Below, one piece after another: positions 1-12,139 of a stretch of 64,000 nucleotides of DNA. Position 1 is the first letter of the stretch. Each line of letters starts with the position of its first letter. The position numbers and the translations under genes are program-made. Under the pieces are notes generated by a model, which worked only from the letters and a program-made list of their open reading frames with translations, was not told the origin of the DNA and made no database searches. This stretch comes from Mobula hypostoma (lineage: Eukaryota), in the NCBI RefSeq assembly GCF_963921235.1, contig NC_086108.1, forward strand, positions 48,362,001 to 48,426,000. The letters are read 5' to 3'.

Positions 1-1580
1 TGGAAAATGTCATTTACAAAAATTAAAAAAGGATGGAGGTCTTACTTTGCCTAATTTAAGAATGTATTATTGGGCGGTTAATATATGTTATGCGTGTTCT
101 TGGTTATATTGGACCGATAAAAAGGAACAAACATCTTGGGTTGATTTGGAATTGAAAACTGTGAAACAATTTCATTTAACTTCGTTATTAGGAGCTCCTT
201 TACCTGTACAATTAGCCAAAATTTCTATTCTAAATATAAATCCTATGATTAATCAATCATTTCGAATCTGGTACCCGTAAGTTTTTTAATCTCAAACAAT
301 TTAACATTTTTAGTTTAATTTATCAAAACTATTTATTTAAACCTTCACTTAGTGATCCTACCTTTTCTCTTTGGAGGAATAAAGGATTTTTTTCCTTTAT
401 GGACTTGTTTCAAGAAGGTTGATTGATGTCCTTTCAGAAATTAGTAACTAAATACTCTCTCTCATATTCATGTTTTTTGCAATATCTTCAGTTCAGACAT
501 TTCTTACAAGAATATTTAAGTAATTTTCCATATATACAAGACTCTGACATGTTAGACATTATTTTACAAATGAACCCTTTAGTGAAAGGTTTTATTGGGA
601 AAATTTATAATTTACTATTACAACAGGATAATTATCCTTTACTTAAGATTAAGCAAGATTGGGAAAGAGAACTTAATATGACCTTGATAACAGAGGATTG
701 GTTGAGAAATTTGAAGCTGGTTAACTCTTCTTCGATTTGTGCCAGTCATTCTGTAATTCAATTTAAAATTGTACATCGTTATTATTTGACAAAGGAGAGA
801 TTGTCTAAAATATTTCCTAATGTAAATAGTCAGTGTGATAGATGCAAAACTGAGATAGCTACATTGACACATACGTTTTGGTCATGTTCTGTATTGAAAC
901 AGTTTTGGAAATCTGTTTTTTCTACAATCTCTAAAGCTTTAAAAATCAATTTACAACCTAATAAATTGACAGTTTTATTTGGTATAATTCCTCAACATAT
1001 TCATGGTATTTCTATATCTGACCAATACATAATTGCATTTGTCACATTATTGGCTAGAATGGAAAGATGCCTCTGCTCCCACTTTGATACAATGGTTCTC
1101 TCAGGTGATGTTATGTCTTAGTTTGGAAAAAATTAGAAGTCGAACTTTTGATCCTAAATTTGACTTCGAGAAAAGGTGGGGTTCTTTTGCCTGTTATTAT
1201 CATTTGACTTGAGTTAATAAAGATGGTCCTTTTCTGATGCTTGGGTATATGGATTTGGTTGGCAGTTTGATGTCTTTTTTTTTAATGGAAGCTTGTATGG
1301 CGCATAGCTCCGGGTTCGTGCTCCAAATGTTTTTTTTTCCCTTTTTTTAGTTATTAGGGGTTTTCTCTGTTTTAGTTAGTAGGTGTTCTTTTTTTTCTTT
1401 CTTTCCTTTTTTCCATAGCTTTAATACTTTGTTTTTTTGATTATTATTGATATACTGTTTAGCCTGGTTGATAGTTTAACTCTTACTCTACATATAGATA
1501 TGTTATCTTGATTATTTTGATGTATTTTTCTCTCTTGTTGATTTTCAATAATAATTAATAAAAATATTTAAAAGGAAAAG
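1..1580 (+). mobile_element. L1-clade LINE 3' portion (degenerate ORF2 C-terminus plus T-rich 3' UTR)
   Basis: GGLTLPNLRMYYWA post-RT motif; C-terminal Cys/His motif CDRCKTEIATLTHTFWSC (ORF 423..1121); frameshifts and stops; ends AATAAAAATATTTAAAAGGAAAAG. Confidence 0.85.
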
Positions 1581-1812
1581 AATCTGTGGAATTCTCTGCC
1601 CAATGAAGCAGTGGAGGCTACCTCAGTAAATATAATTAAGACAAGATTGGATAGATTTTTGCTTAGTAGGGGAATTAAGTGTTATTGGGAAAAGGCAGGT
1701 AAGTGGAGATGAGTCCATGGCCAAATCAGTCATGATCTTATTTACTGGTGGAGCAGGTTTGACAAGCCAGATAACCTATTCCTGCTCCTATTTCTTATGT
1801 TCTGACGTTTAT
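1581..1812 (+). mobile_element. CR1 LINE 3' end
   Basis: NLWNSLP..AVEA.S...KTRLDRF ORF2 tail and a CR1-type 3' UTR ending tcttatgttct; same family as 20030..20390 and 27790..28030. Confidence 0.8.
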
Positions 1813-3950
1813 GGGTTTGATGTCCATTTATGCAGAGGGGAAGATGCTATTCCCGAATCGTATGCAGAGGGGAAAATGTGATTCCCGAATTGCTGAGTGT
1901 GTGCCTTTAGGCTTCTGTACCTCCTTCCCAAAGGTGACAATGAGAAAAGGGCATGCCCTAGGTGATAGGGGTCCTTAATAATGGACATCGCCTTTCGGTG
2001 GCACCTCTCCTTGAAGATGTCTGGGATAATATGGAGGCTAGTATCCAAGATGCAGCTGACTAATTTTACAAAGTTCTGTAGCTTCTTTTGGTCCTGTGCA
2101 GTAGCATCCCCATACCAGGCAGTGATGCAGCCTGTCAGAATACTCTCTATGGTACATCATCTATAGAAATTTTTGAGAGTTAGTCAGATAACTAACTAAA
2201 TCTGCTCAAACTCCTAGTGAAATATAGCCACTGTCTTGCCTTCTTTATAGCTGCATTGATATGTTGGGACCAGGTAGATCCTCTGAGATCTTGACACCCA
2301 GGAATGAGAAATTGCTCACTCTCTCCACTTCTGATCCCTCATTGGGACTGGTTCATGTTCTCTCATCTCACCCTTCCTGAAGTGCTTACTGACTTTGAGT
2401 TCAAGGTTGTTGCTGCAACACCACTCATCTAGCTGGTATATCTCACTCCTGTATGTCCTCTCATCTCCATCTGAGTTTCTACCAACAATAGTTGTACCAT
2501 CAGCAAATTTGTAGGTGGTATTTGAGCTATTCCTAGCCACACAGTCATGGGTGTAGAGGGAGTAGAGCAGTGGGTTAAGCACACACCCCTGAGGTATACC
2601 AGTGTTGATTGTCAATGAGGAGGAGATATTATCACCAATCCATACAGGTTGTGGTTTTCCAGTTAGGAAGTCAAGGATCCACTTGCAGAGGGAGGTACAG
2701 GAGCCCAGGTTCTGTAGCTTATTGATTAAGACTGTAGGGATGATGGTGTTAAATGCTGAATATAGTCAAAGAACAGCATCCTGACATGGGTGTTTGTATT
2801 GTCCAGATGATCCAAGGCCATCTGCAGAGCCACTGAGATTGTGTACACCTAGGCTCATTGTGGTGATGGACATTGCAGTGAGTCCAGGTCCTTGTTGAGG
2901 CAGGACTTGATTTTAGTCATGACCAACCATCTGAAGCATTTCATTATCGTAGATGTGAGTGCTAGTGGGCAATAGTCATTAAGGCAGCTCACACTTCTCT
3001 TCTTAGGCACTGGTATAATTGCTGACTGTTTGAAACAGGTGGGAACTTCTGAACAGTGAGAGTTGAAAATGTCCTTGAATACCCCTTCCAGTTGGTTGGC
3101 ACAAGTTTTCACTGCCTTACCAGGTACTCCATCAGGGCCTGCCACCTTGTGAGGGTTCACCCTTCTTAAAGACAGCCTGGCATTGGCCTCTGAGACAGAG
3201 ATCACAGGGTCATCGGGTGCAGCAGGGATCTTCAAGCTGTAGTTATATTCTCCAATTCAAAGTGAGCATAGTAGGTGTTGAGCTCATCTGGTAGTGAAGC
3301 ATCGCTGCCATTCATGCTGTTGGGTTTCACTTTGTAGGAAGTAATGTCTTGCAAATCCTGCCAGAGTTGATGTGCATCTGATGTTACCTCCAACCTCGCT
3401 CAGAATTGTTTCTTCACTTTTGAAATAGCCTTCCACAAGTCATACCTGGTTTTCTTATACAGACCTGAGTCACCAGACTTAAATGCCACAATCTAGCCCT
3501 CTGTAGATGACGAACCTCCTGGTTCATCCACAGCTTTTGGTTTGGGGACGTAGAGTAAGGTTTCATGGCACACACTCATTCACACAGGTTTGCATGAAGT
3601 CAGTAAAAGCTGCTGCATACTCATCCAGGTTCAAAGATAGATCCCGGAATACAGCCCAGTCCACCGATTCAAGGCAGTCCTGTGCTTCCCTTGGCCACAC
3701 CTTCTTAGTCCTCACTATTGGTACTAGACTTCAGTCTCTGCCTATACTCAGGGAGTATAGAAGTACAGTCAGGTGATCAGACTTTCCGAAGAGTGGGGAT
3801 GGAAAAGCATGGTGGGCACTCTAAATAGTACTATAACAGTGGTGCAGTGTGTTGTTTCCTCTGGTACTACGAGTGATTTGTTGATGGTAATTATTTAGTG
3901 ACTTTTTCAAGCTGGCCTGGTTAAAATCCCCCAAAATAATGGTGAAGACT
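1813..3950 (-). mobile_element. Rex1/Babar-type non-LTR retrotransposon remnant (APE + RT)
   Basis: Minus-strand ORF pieces GDFNQA...GKSDH (APE end), [46 protein letters not shown]; multiple stops and frameshifts. Confidence 0.85.
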
Positions 3951-4965
3951 GTCATCATTATCTGATTTTTCATGAACAGCATGCAGATTAGTGCTCTTTT
4001 TCAAACTGCAACTTGACTTTTTAGCTTCTTCTCTTCCCTGAGCAGTCCATTTTTTGTCATCTGCCCAACGTGCTCTCTGTATGTGTCCAGCTTTGTTGCA
4101 TTTGCTGCAAGTTTCACCTTTAAATCTGCATTTGTTTGGTGTAATTGAGCCCCTGCCACAAAGATAATACTATTTGCTTAGACAGGCTGGTTTCTGTTTA
4201 GTTGGTGCATTTTTGTTCACGCTCACTTTCATTCTTGACTGCAACTCAATTGCATCTCTGCGATTTCCATTGAAACAACAATTTCAACTGCTCTTTTAAA
4301 TGTAAGTTGTGTTTCAGTTAGGAGCTATTTCTGAATGCTTTCTTTTAAGATTCCACAAGCTAAACTATCTCTCAGTGCATCATTAAGCCCATTACTGAAC
4401 TGACAATCTCTTCAATTCAGCCACCTACGCTGAAGTGAACTCCCCTTCTTTTTGATTTGGCTTATAAACCAAAACTGCTCTGCAATCAACAATGGCTTTG
4501 GTTCTAAATGTTCTGCATTACTTTGACAATCAGCAAATCTCATTTCTGCTGGTCTGATTGAAGCAGTTAAACTTTGAAGCAAAGTAGTATGCCCTTAAAC
4601 CTAATGAACTTAGCAAAATTGGTACTTGTTTCTCATTGTCTATTTCATTTGTTTCAAAATATTCTTGAATTATCTCAGAATACATATTTCAGCTATCTTT
4701 TGTGTAACCAAATGTAATTTTTTCCCAACATAGCCAGCCATTTCTGTTTTTTGTTAATGATTATTATCACCTGTATGAACTTGTGAATTCCTCCATTTAT
4801 TACCTTTTTTAATCAATCATGACTTCCCTTCCAAAGAACACATACTGCATTGTTTTATTTTTAAACTTAACTTTCCTCGCTGCATTTTTTTTTAGTTCAA
4901 ACGTATCGCTGCATTTCAAGTCGGCAGGTGGCTCAAGTTTATTTTTTAAAATTCCTCATCACCAA
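3951..4965 (-). mobile_element. Gypsy-type LTR retrotransposon internal remnant (PBS + degenerate gag)
   Basis: Minus strand reads LNDALRDSLACGILKESIQK*LLTETQLTFKRAVEIVVSME, then zinc-knuckle-like LCGRG...CRFKGETCSKCNKAGH; PBS-like TGGTGATGAGGA directly after the LTR. Confidence 0.75.
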
Positions 4966-5190
4966 TGTTTCAAAACATTAAATTAATTCAGAGGAAGGCA
5001 TGGGAGTCCGAAATGCAGGTCTAACTTCATGTTTAAGCGAGGCGCGCACATATTACATAGTAGCGTGATGATGTGTGCAATGCATATATGTATACATAAA
5101 ACTCAATTAATTATTTAAGCAAACAAAAAATGCTTAATCAACAGCATATTTACAAGATTACTCAAATATTACTGAAATATTAAGTACACA
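4966..5190 (-). mobile_element. 5' LTR of the Gypsy remnant (~225 bp)
   Basis: Minus strand begins TGTG and ends AACA, immediately followed by TTGGTGATGAGG (PBS-like). Confidence 0.65.
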
Positions 5191-5387
5191 ATTCAGCCCT
5201 CCAACATGTGATGTATTGAACTTTAGCTGGATTCTATACCTGATTTTGTATGCTTTTAACAGTGTTTCAATGAACATAATATAAATGAATTCCATGTTAA
5301 AGTTATGTATAAATTAATTACTGTAGAACATAGCAAGGATACAAATCCATCTCAGAGAGTACTATGAACCTTTTTTTTTTATTGCAG

Positions 5388-5563
5388 TTCCCCCAAATAT
5401 CATGGGAGAGGAGCAAAATGTCTCAGTTGCCATCAACCAAGGTGTTGTGCTGAAGTGTCAAAGCAATGCAATCCCTCCTCCAATGCTCAACTGGCTGAAA
5501 GATGGAAAGCCGCTGTTCAAGAAGCCAGGCCTCACTGTTTCCGATGACGGAAGTACCCTGCAG
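5388..5563 (+). CDS. HMCN1: Hemicentin-1 exon (window exon 1), N-terminal half of an Ig I-set domain: (V)PPNIMGEEQNVSVAINQGVVLKCQSNAIPPPMLNWLKDGKPLFKKPGLTVSDDGSTLQ
   Basis: Poly-T tract + ttgcag acceptor; CAG|gtaagt donor; phase 1 to 0; VPP..C..G/A.PPP..W.KDG hemicentin Ig signature; resembles human HMCN1 as I recall it. Confidence 0.92.
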
Positions 5564-6531
5564 GTAAGTTACAACAATGTTACCTACATATATATGCGAC
5601 TGTAGCTTTACCTTTGTAACAGATGATTTGTAATAGATTTTTTCTTGCACAGAGTTGCACTGATTATGACATTCTAAATAAGTCAAAATGACATCAAGGA
5701 AGGCTCTTCATATTAGGTTATCATTTTACCTCAGTGGTCTTACTTGAAGAAAAATGCTGGAGTAAATATGAATAAGTGACTGATATTTTCACCGAGCTTG
5801 GGTAGAACCACTGAACATGCCCTGAGGCGTAAAAAAATTGAGACATTGAGTCAAATTCATAAGAATAATATCTATTTATTTAAAATCTTTACAAAACAAA
5901 TATGCTGTAGTTTTAAGTTTTAACTATTGCTATGAGTTGCAATAAATAAACCTCAAATTATCTAAGGAATTACTGGAGGATAACAAACTGTAGAAGCACA
6001 ATACATGTACTGGAGTGTGATAATGGTTAGATTTTACCCAACAGTTTTAGGTTTTTGGTATTGCATAGTGTTTTTTTTTTTGTGGGGCACATGGTCCAGG
6101 GAAACCTGAGTGAACATTCGTTCTTTTTAGTTTTTGAGGTTCTTTTTAAATTTACTTTTTAGCTGGTTCCGCTCAACATTGTGGGCGAAGGGCGTCTCTC
6201 TGTGCTGTACTGTTCTATGTTAACAGGACAAGCATTGTGAAGTCCATAAAGTAAATTTGATTAAAATATTGTGACATCAACTACACAAAGACAAAGAAGG
6301 GTGTTAGTGTGGCTGAATTTGATGCTATATTATATACAGTAAAAGGAAAAGAAAGAATGGATTAAGGGCAAAAACATTAATTTAAAAAATTCAGAACTTA
6401 ACATTTTTAGCATGAAAATAAGAGCAGGTGTTGGCCATCAAGCCCTCCCTGCCATGGGAGAAGAGAAACCATCCTAACACCTACCTTGTCAATCTCCCTT
6501 AGGACCTTGGATGCTTGAATAAGGCTCTGTT

Positions 6532-7482
6532 TGTCATAAGGTGGTGGCTGAGAACGGACCCAAGTGCAAGACATAGACACTGAAGTACTAGGGACAGGAC
6601 TAGGATAAAGGGTGAGGGCTAGGACATGGACACGAAAACAGGAACCCGGAACAGGACTGGACAAGAGAGCTAGGAGCCCGGGCTTGGACTCCGAGCCAGA
6701 GACTGGACAAGGACCCAGAATCTGGGTCTTGCCTCTGGCTCGGATCCCAGAACTAGGCAAGGACGTGACTAGGCTGGCAGGTAGGACGTGACTGGAGTCT
6801 TCAGACTTGAGGCGAGGCTGGAGACCAGAGACTTGAGGCGAGGCTTGAGATCTCGAAGCTTTGCTTGGGGCGAGGCTTGGCTAGAGACTCAAGGTGAGAC
6901 TCAGCTAGAGACTCGAGGCGAGGCGAGGCTAGAGACTTGTGGTCTTGAAGCTCCTCTTAGGCAGGGCACGGTACTCCTGGGCAGGGTGCAGTACTCTACC
7001 CGATGGAGGCAAGGGACAGGAAGGGACAGGACCCACCGCAGGGTAACGGCAATCTGGCCTGACTTACCCGATGGAGGCAAGAGACTTGAAGGGACAGAAC
7101 AAACCACAGGGTAACGGCAAGACGGCCTGGCTTACCCGACGGAAGCAAAGGACAGGAAGGGACAGAACCAACCACAGGGTAACAGCAAGACGGCTAGGTA
7201 CAAGGTGGCTCCAAGACAAGACTTCAGGTGAGGCGAGGCGAGGCGAGGCTTCAGGCGAGGAAACAGAAGGCAGGGGAAGGGATACAAGGAGTAAGGACAA
7301 GAACAATCCAGCAGCCATGCCCTGGTCTCTGGAGATATTTATGCAGCCAGACCCAACGAGAATCAGCTGCCTCAATTAGTGCTCCTCAGGAACAGAAACA
7401 GGGTAGACCGGAAAACCTGGAGCAAGGGTCAATGGACCGGACGGTGAACCGGAATGTGGACTTCACGGACCGCACCATGACA
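6532..7482 (-). mobile_element. Solo LTR (Gypsy-like), 951 bp, inserted in a minus-strand CR1 remnant
   Basis: Termini TGTCAT...ATGACA; perfect 5-bp TSD CTGTT (6527-6531 and 7483-7487); CR1 sequence resumes on both sides; orientation inferred from a GCACTTGGGTCC...TGACA 3' end. Confidence 0.85.
6805..7200. repeat. Internal tandem repeats of the solo LTR: short GAGAC(TC)GAGGCGAGGC units, then three ~68-bp units TACCCGATGGAGGCAA...CAGGGTAACGGCAA
   Basis: Directly visible; the 68-bp units start near 6997, 7066 and 7133. Confidence 0.8.
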
Positions 7483-7770
7483 CTGTTGAACTCTAATAAA
7501 TATTGGCCAAACCTATTTAGTTTCTTCTGGCAGGCTAACCCTCTCATCCCAGTAATTAGCTTGATGAATCTCCCTTGTATTGCCTCAAATATTACTGCAT
7601 ATGTTGTCAGATATGGGGAACAAAACTTTATCCATATTTGCAAGTAAGGTCTCACTAACAATCTATACAATTGCAACAAAACCCCCCTTTTTTTAACTGC
7701 AACCTCTTCACAGTGAATGCCAAAATGCTGTTGCCTTCTGAAATATTTGTTGGACCTGCCTGATAGCTTC
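7483..7770 (-). mobile_element. CR1 LINE remnant (host of the solo LTR; also ~6440..6531)
   Basis: ORF 7386..7679 LQLYRLLVRPYLQ..IKFCSPY...EAIQGRFIKLI, typical CR1 ORF2 C-terminal region. Confidence 0.75.
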
Positions 7771-8044
7771 TTGTGAATTATATTGAGAAATCTATAAAAT
7801 CTTTGATAATTAAAATACTAAGGGGGTGAAATTATCTCTGTTGATTGTAATTTATCAATACAAAATGTTTATTACTTATGATATCACTGAAATGTTGTTA
7901 AATTGTAATGTACAACTTTGGGTTTAGTCTGAATGTACAGTGCAGATTGCAGCTTAGTGACATCAAGAGGATTATACAAAGCCGATGCTGTACTCTGCGA
8001 TTCAACAGTAACTTTTGAAGTTAAATGAAGTTGAGAGGTATAGA

Positions 8045-8250
8045 TAGTTATTTAAGATGAGAGGTAGACCATTCAAAGGACATGTGTGGGGCAAGTTTTT
8101 TTTCATGCAGAGAGTAGTGTGTGCCTGGAATATGCTGAATGGAGTGGTGGCAGACATGGATACGATAGAGGCAATTAAGTGACTCTTAAATAGGCACGTG
8201 AAACTGTAGAGAATGGAAGGATGTAGACCATGTTCAGACATTAGCTTAAT
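8045..8250 (+). mobile_element. CR1 3' fragment
   Basis: FKMRGRPFKG..FF..RVVCAWNML pattern. Confidence 0.6.
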
Positions 8251-8256
8251 TAGTTC

Positions 8257-8915
8257 AGCATCAATAGATCTGGGGTTGAGAGGATGAACGGCTTTAAGTT
8301 CCTCGGCATATACATCAACAAGGATCTCGTGTGGTCTGTACACACCAGCTGTGTGGTGAGAAAAACACAACAGCACCTCTTTCACCTCAGATGGTTGAGG
8401 AAGTTTGGTATGGCCCCCAAATCCCAAGAACTTTCTACAGGGGCACGATTGAGAGCATCCTGACTGGCTGCATCACTGCCTGGTATGGGAACTCTACCTC
8501 CCTTAATCGCAGGACTCTGCAGAAAGTGGTGCGGACAGCCCAGCACATCTGCAGATGTGAACTTCCCATGATTCAGGATATTTACAAAGACAAGTGTGTA
8601 AGAAAGGCCCGAAGGATTATCAGGGACCCGAGTCATCCCAACCACAAACTGTTCCAGCTGCTACCATCTGGGAAACGGTACTGCAGCATAAAAGCCAGGA
8701 CCAACAGGCTCCGGGACAGCTTCTTCCACCAGGCCATCAGACTGATTAATTCATGCTGATACAATTGTATTTCTGTGTTATATTGACTGTCCTGATGTAC
8801 ATACTATTTATTACAAATTACTATTGCACATTGCACATTTAGATGGAGAAGTAACGTAAAGATTTTTACTCCTCATGTATGTGAAGGATGTAAGTAATGA
8901 AGTCAATTCGATTCA
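8257..8915 (+). mobile_element. Rex1/Babar 3' end
   Basis: ORF 8331..8759 FYRGTIESILTGCITAWYG...LLPSGKRY..IKARTNRLRDSFFHQAIRL; short-repeat tail caattcgattcaa. Confidence 0.85.
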
Positions 8916-9389
8916 ACGTAATAGGTTGATGCCTGTACCTGTGGTGTACTGTTCTATGTTCTCACTCCCGCATTTCCTGTTTATCATGCATGTGCATTTA
9001 CTGTGGTACTATTTCTGCTTCAGAACAGTAAGTGTTATTAGTCTCTGTTATGTTGAGAGTGAATTATAAGTTGATATTTTTTAAATGGATTTCTTTACAC
9101 TTGCTTTTTGCTCGCAAATGCTGTTACTTCTGAATGTGAGCTGCTACTATATGTCAGCTTGAAGGACTGCAATTTTAGGACCTTCACTCAAGCCCTTAAC
9201 TAACTGACCATTTGCTGGCACTCTGTGTTTCAGTACATTCTACCACTGGGTTCTCGTGAGATCCATTTCTTCCAAAATATTAACTTTTTTCATAATATAT
9301 ACTGTAAGTACAATTGGGATATGAATTGTTCTTACATTCATTGTACATCCTTTCAGTACTTTATCTTACAATGCATCAGTACCACTCAT

Positions 9390-10330
9390 GTTGCCTCTTT
9401 AAACAATGCTATCATGTGAATTGTTTCAGAGGTAATGTGCTGGAGTTACAAAGGATGACCCTGGTTTTGTTCCTGTGCAACATTCCATTCAGTTGGATTT
9501 TACTGCACCGCCTGCCTTTGATGAAAAATGCCTGTGGAAAATCCCCTTTGACCACAAGCCCACCAGACCGTGTTGGAGAAGAAGATGGTGGCCAGGTTCC
9601 ATGCCTCTTTGCAGGAACTGACATGCAAACCCCAAGCCCTTGCTTGGCTGGTAGTGAGAGGGGCCCTTCCCGTCTGATCCTTTGTGCACAGTTAGGACTG
9701 CAGTCCCACTGACTGCTAACTTCGGGATGCCTGCAGTGCGGATGAGATGGTTGTCTATCTTTTCATGCACTGTTTATTTCCCAGTGAGGCCTACAAAAGG
9801 GTGCGGTTGTCCTTCCAGAGGTTCAGCTCAAGCGGTGCATGACAGGTGACCCTGTGATCTATGGTTTGTTCCCAGGGAAACATCCAGACACAAGCACTGA
9901 TGAATTTTGGTGTTTTAATCTGCGGTTCTTTTAGAAGTCAGGAACGAGGCATAAAACTTGTTGCTTCATAATTGTTTTATTAAGTGTTGATAGAACAGCG
10001 GAACGGCAGCAGAAAGCTTATAGATAAGAGAGTAAGAAGATTGTGATTAAGATGGTGCTGTTTTGTGTTTAGCTACTGTATATCCATAAAGAAAATAAAG
10101 AATTTATTCATATCTATGGATAAGGATAAACCAACTATTTAGATCCAGCAGCGCCATGTGATTCTGGAATGCTATGGTGGAAAACACATTTTGCTCTGCC
10201 AAGCCTCGTTAGCCTTCTAGTATAAGGGGATGCCCACAAGAAACATTCCTGTTCAGTGCATGCCAATGTATATGCTGAGAGATACATTGGAGCTTAGTCT
10301 AGCGAATGCAAAGGGAAGTGTCTCAGGCCC
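9390..10330 (+). mobile_element. Old Tx1-like (L1 clade) ORF2 C-terminal remnant, interrupted by an insert at 9898..10150
   Basis: Degenerate ALAWLVVRGALPV...C...E.V.YLF.HC...VIYGLFPGKHPDT before the insert; YMLRDTLEL.LANAKG after it. Confidence 0.55.
9898..10150 (-). mobile_element. Small solo-LTR-like insert
   Basis: TG...CA ends; near-TSD GCAC/GCGC; minus-strand AATAAA near 9975; splits the Tx1 remnant. Confidence 0.4.
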
Positions 10331-12139
10331 TGTAGCCACTGGGTATTAGGACATTAGGACCATGTAACAGCCCAATGCCACAGCTCCATCTTAATGAGGT
10401 TTATTCTGTGTCAAACCACAATTTATTTCAAAAGGGATAATGGAGCTGCAAGTCCAAAAGTTAATTACTCTGTTAGCATATTGAAATTGTTACTGTTTTT
10501 ACTTTTACTTGGTGGGACTAGGTAAGAGTAAGAGTTCGGCACGGATTAGAAGGGCCGAGATGGTCTGTTTCCATGCTGTAATTGTTATATGGTTATATGG
10601 TTAATAATAGTTTAATTGTAGTTAATGTAAATTGAGTTTTGAACAGGTTTTAGATTTTAGTTTATTCTTATTTTTACATTTTACATTTTATATTTTATAT
10701 TTTTGAACTGTTTTTGAATGTCAAGGATATTCAGCAATATTTATATTTCCTTGTCATTTTAATGGCCAACAAAGCTTTGGTTGGGCCGATATGAGGTATC
10801 AAAGCTGCGTGATAATTTATTTTGGTGGGCATGGGTGTCCCCACTTCTTTATTATTCTAGACCCCACTGCTGCAGCCTGGAACAACTCAGATCAACAAGG
10901 AAGAACTTTCACATTATGGGCAATATTTCACATCACCCAATTCAAGACAATTCCATTCAATTGATCACATCATTTAGTGACTGATACAAAAACTGAGATG
11001 TACTTTGGAAAGCAGCTATTTATTTTGGCTCAATTTATGGGTGAATAAAAGCCATTCCAAGTATTGTGAATGGCTAGCCAACTATTTTCAAAGGGGCTTG
11101 TTGATATTTATATCCAGTAGGAAGTTGCTATTAACAGGTCTGAGACAAATGTATGATTCATCTCAAACATCCAGTAGTTCTCTCTTTCCTGTCTTCAGTT
11201 TACATCCTGTTCTTGATTCATGATATTCTGATTGGTTTAGGAGGTTCACCATTTCTTTCCTGTTCACTCACATTGTAGGTGCCCTGGTATGATTGATGGA
11301 ATATCAGCAATTCTCAACCTCAGCTATTTGTCTCCAAAAAAATATCTCAAACTTGATTGCATTGGGGGACATGCTACTAATAATAGGTTGTCTAAAATTA
11401 AATTATGGCATATTGTTAGAGATGTCTTTGGTCTTTGTTCTGATGCATTTCAAAAGGTTTCCAATCAATTACCTGAGATTAACCTTCTCAAAAGTGGCAT
11501 TGTTAAAGCAAAGTTGAAATATTTTAAATGAACAGCCATGAAAGATGTAAGGGGGTTCTGTGTTCCGAGAATTGATTGTATATTCATTATTGATATAAGA
11601 TCTTGGAAATACGATATTTGAAATTATTCTGTATTTAGCCAAATAGTAGCTTCTTGCCTAAGTTACAACCTAATTGCAACTTCATTCTATCTCCCAGTCT
11701 GAACTCAAGGGATCCATACAAGAATGTAGTTTATCCACTGTGATGGGAATTCCTGCCTAATTTCTTGGGCTTCTTTACATTTTATAATTATTCATTTTTC
11801 AGGATCTGGGCCAGCATTTATTGCCCATCTCAATTTTGTATTGATGGGAAAACCTTGAATGGCAAGAATAGATAGCACTGAAGTAATATTTGTGATACAC
11901 TTCTACACCAGGAATGCTATTTGTCCCTCATGATCCCATGACTGAATGTTGTCTCATTTGTACAGAATGATAGTATTGGCTAATCATTTGCTGAGGAGAT
12001 AGAAATACAATAGAAAACTGTGCACTAGATAGCGAACATGTGAATTTATGACAGAAGGAAGGTCTTTCATGAAGCAACTGGAGTTTTTAAGGCTGTAATT
12101 ACTATCTTGAGGAATTCCTGAAATAACATGACTGACTTC

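Noticed and set aside
423..1121. 232-aa ORF as an independent gene
   Set aside because: It is the C-terminal part of a broken L1 ORF2.
6997..7200. Three ~68-bp repeats as a possible CRISPR array
   Set aside because: The whole units repeat with no unique spacers, they lie inside a TSD-flanked LTR in a eukaryotic intron, and there are no cas genes.
6407..7647. Several 100-140 aa ORFs on both strands
   Set aside because: They are by-products of the GC-rich repetitive solo LTR; there is no domain signature or splice context.
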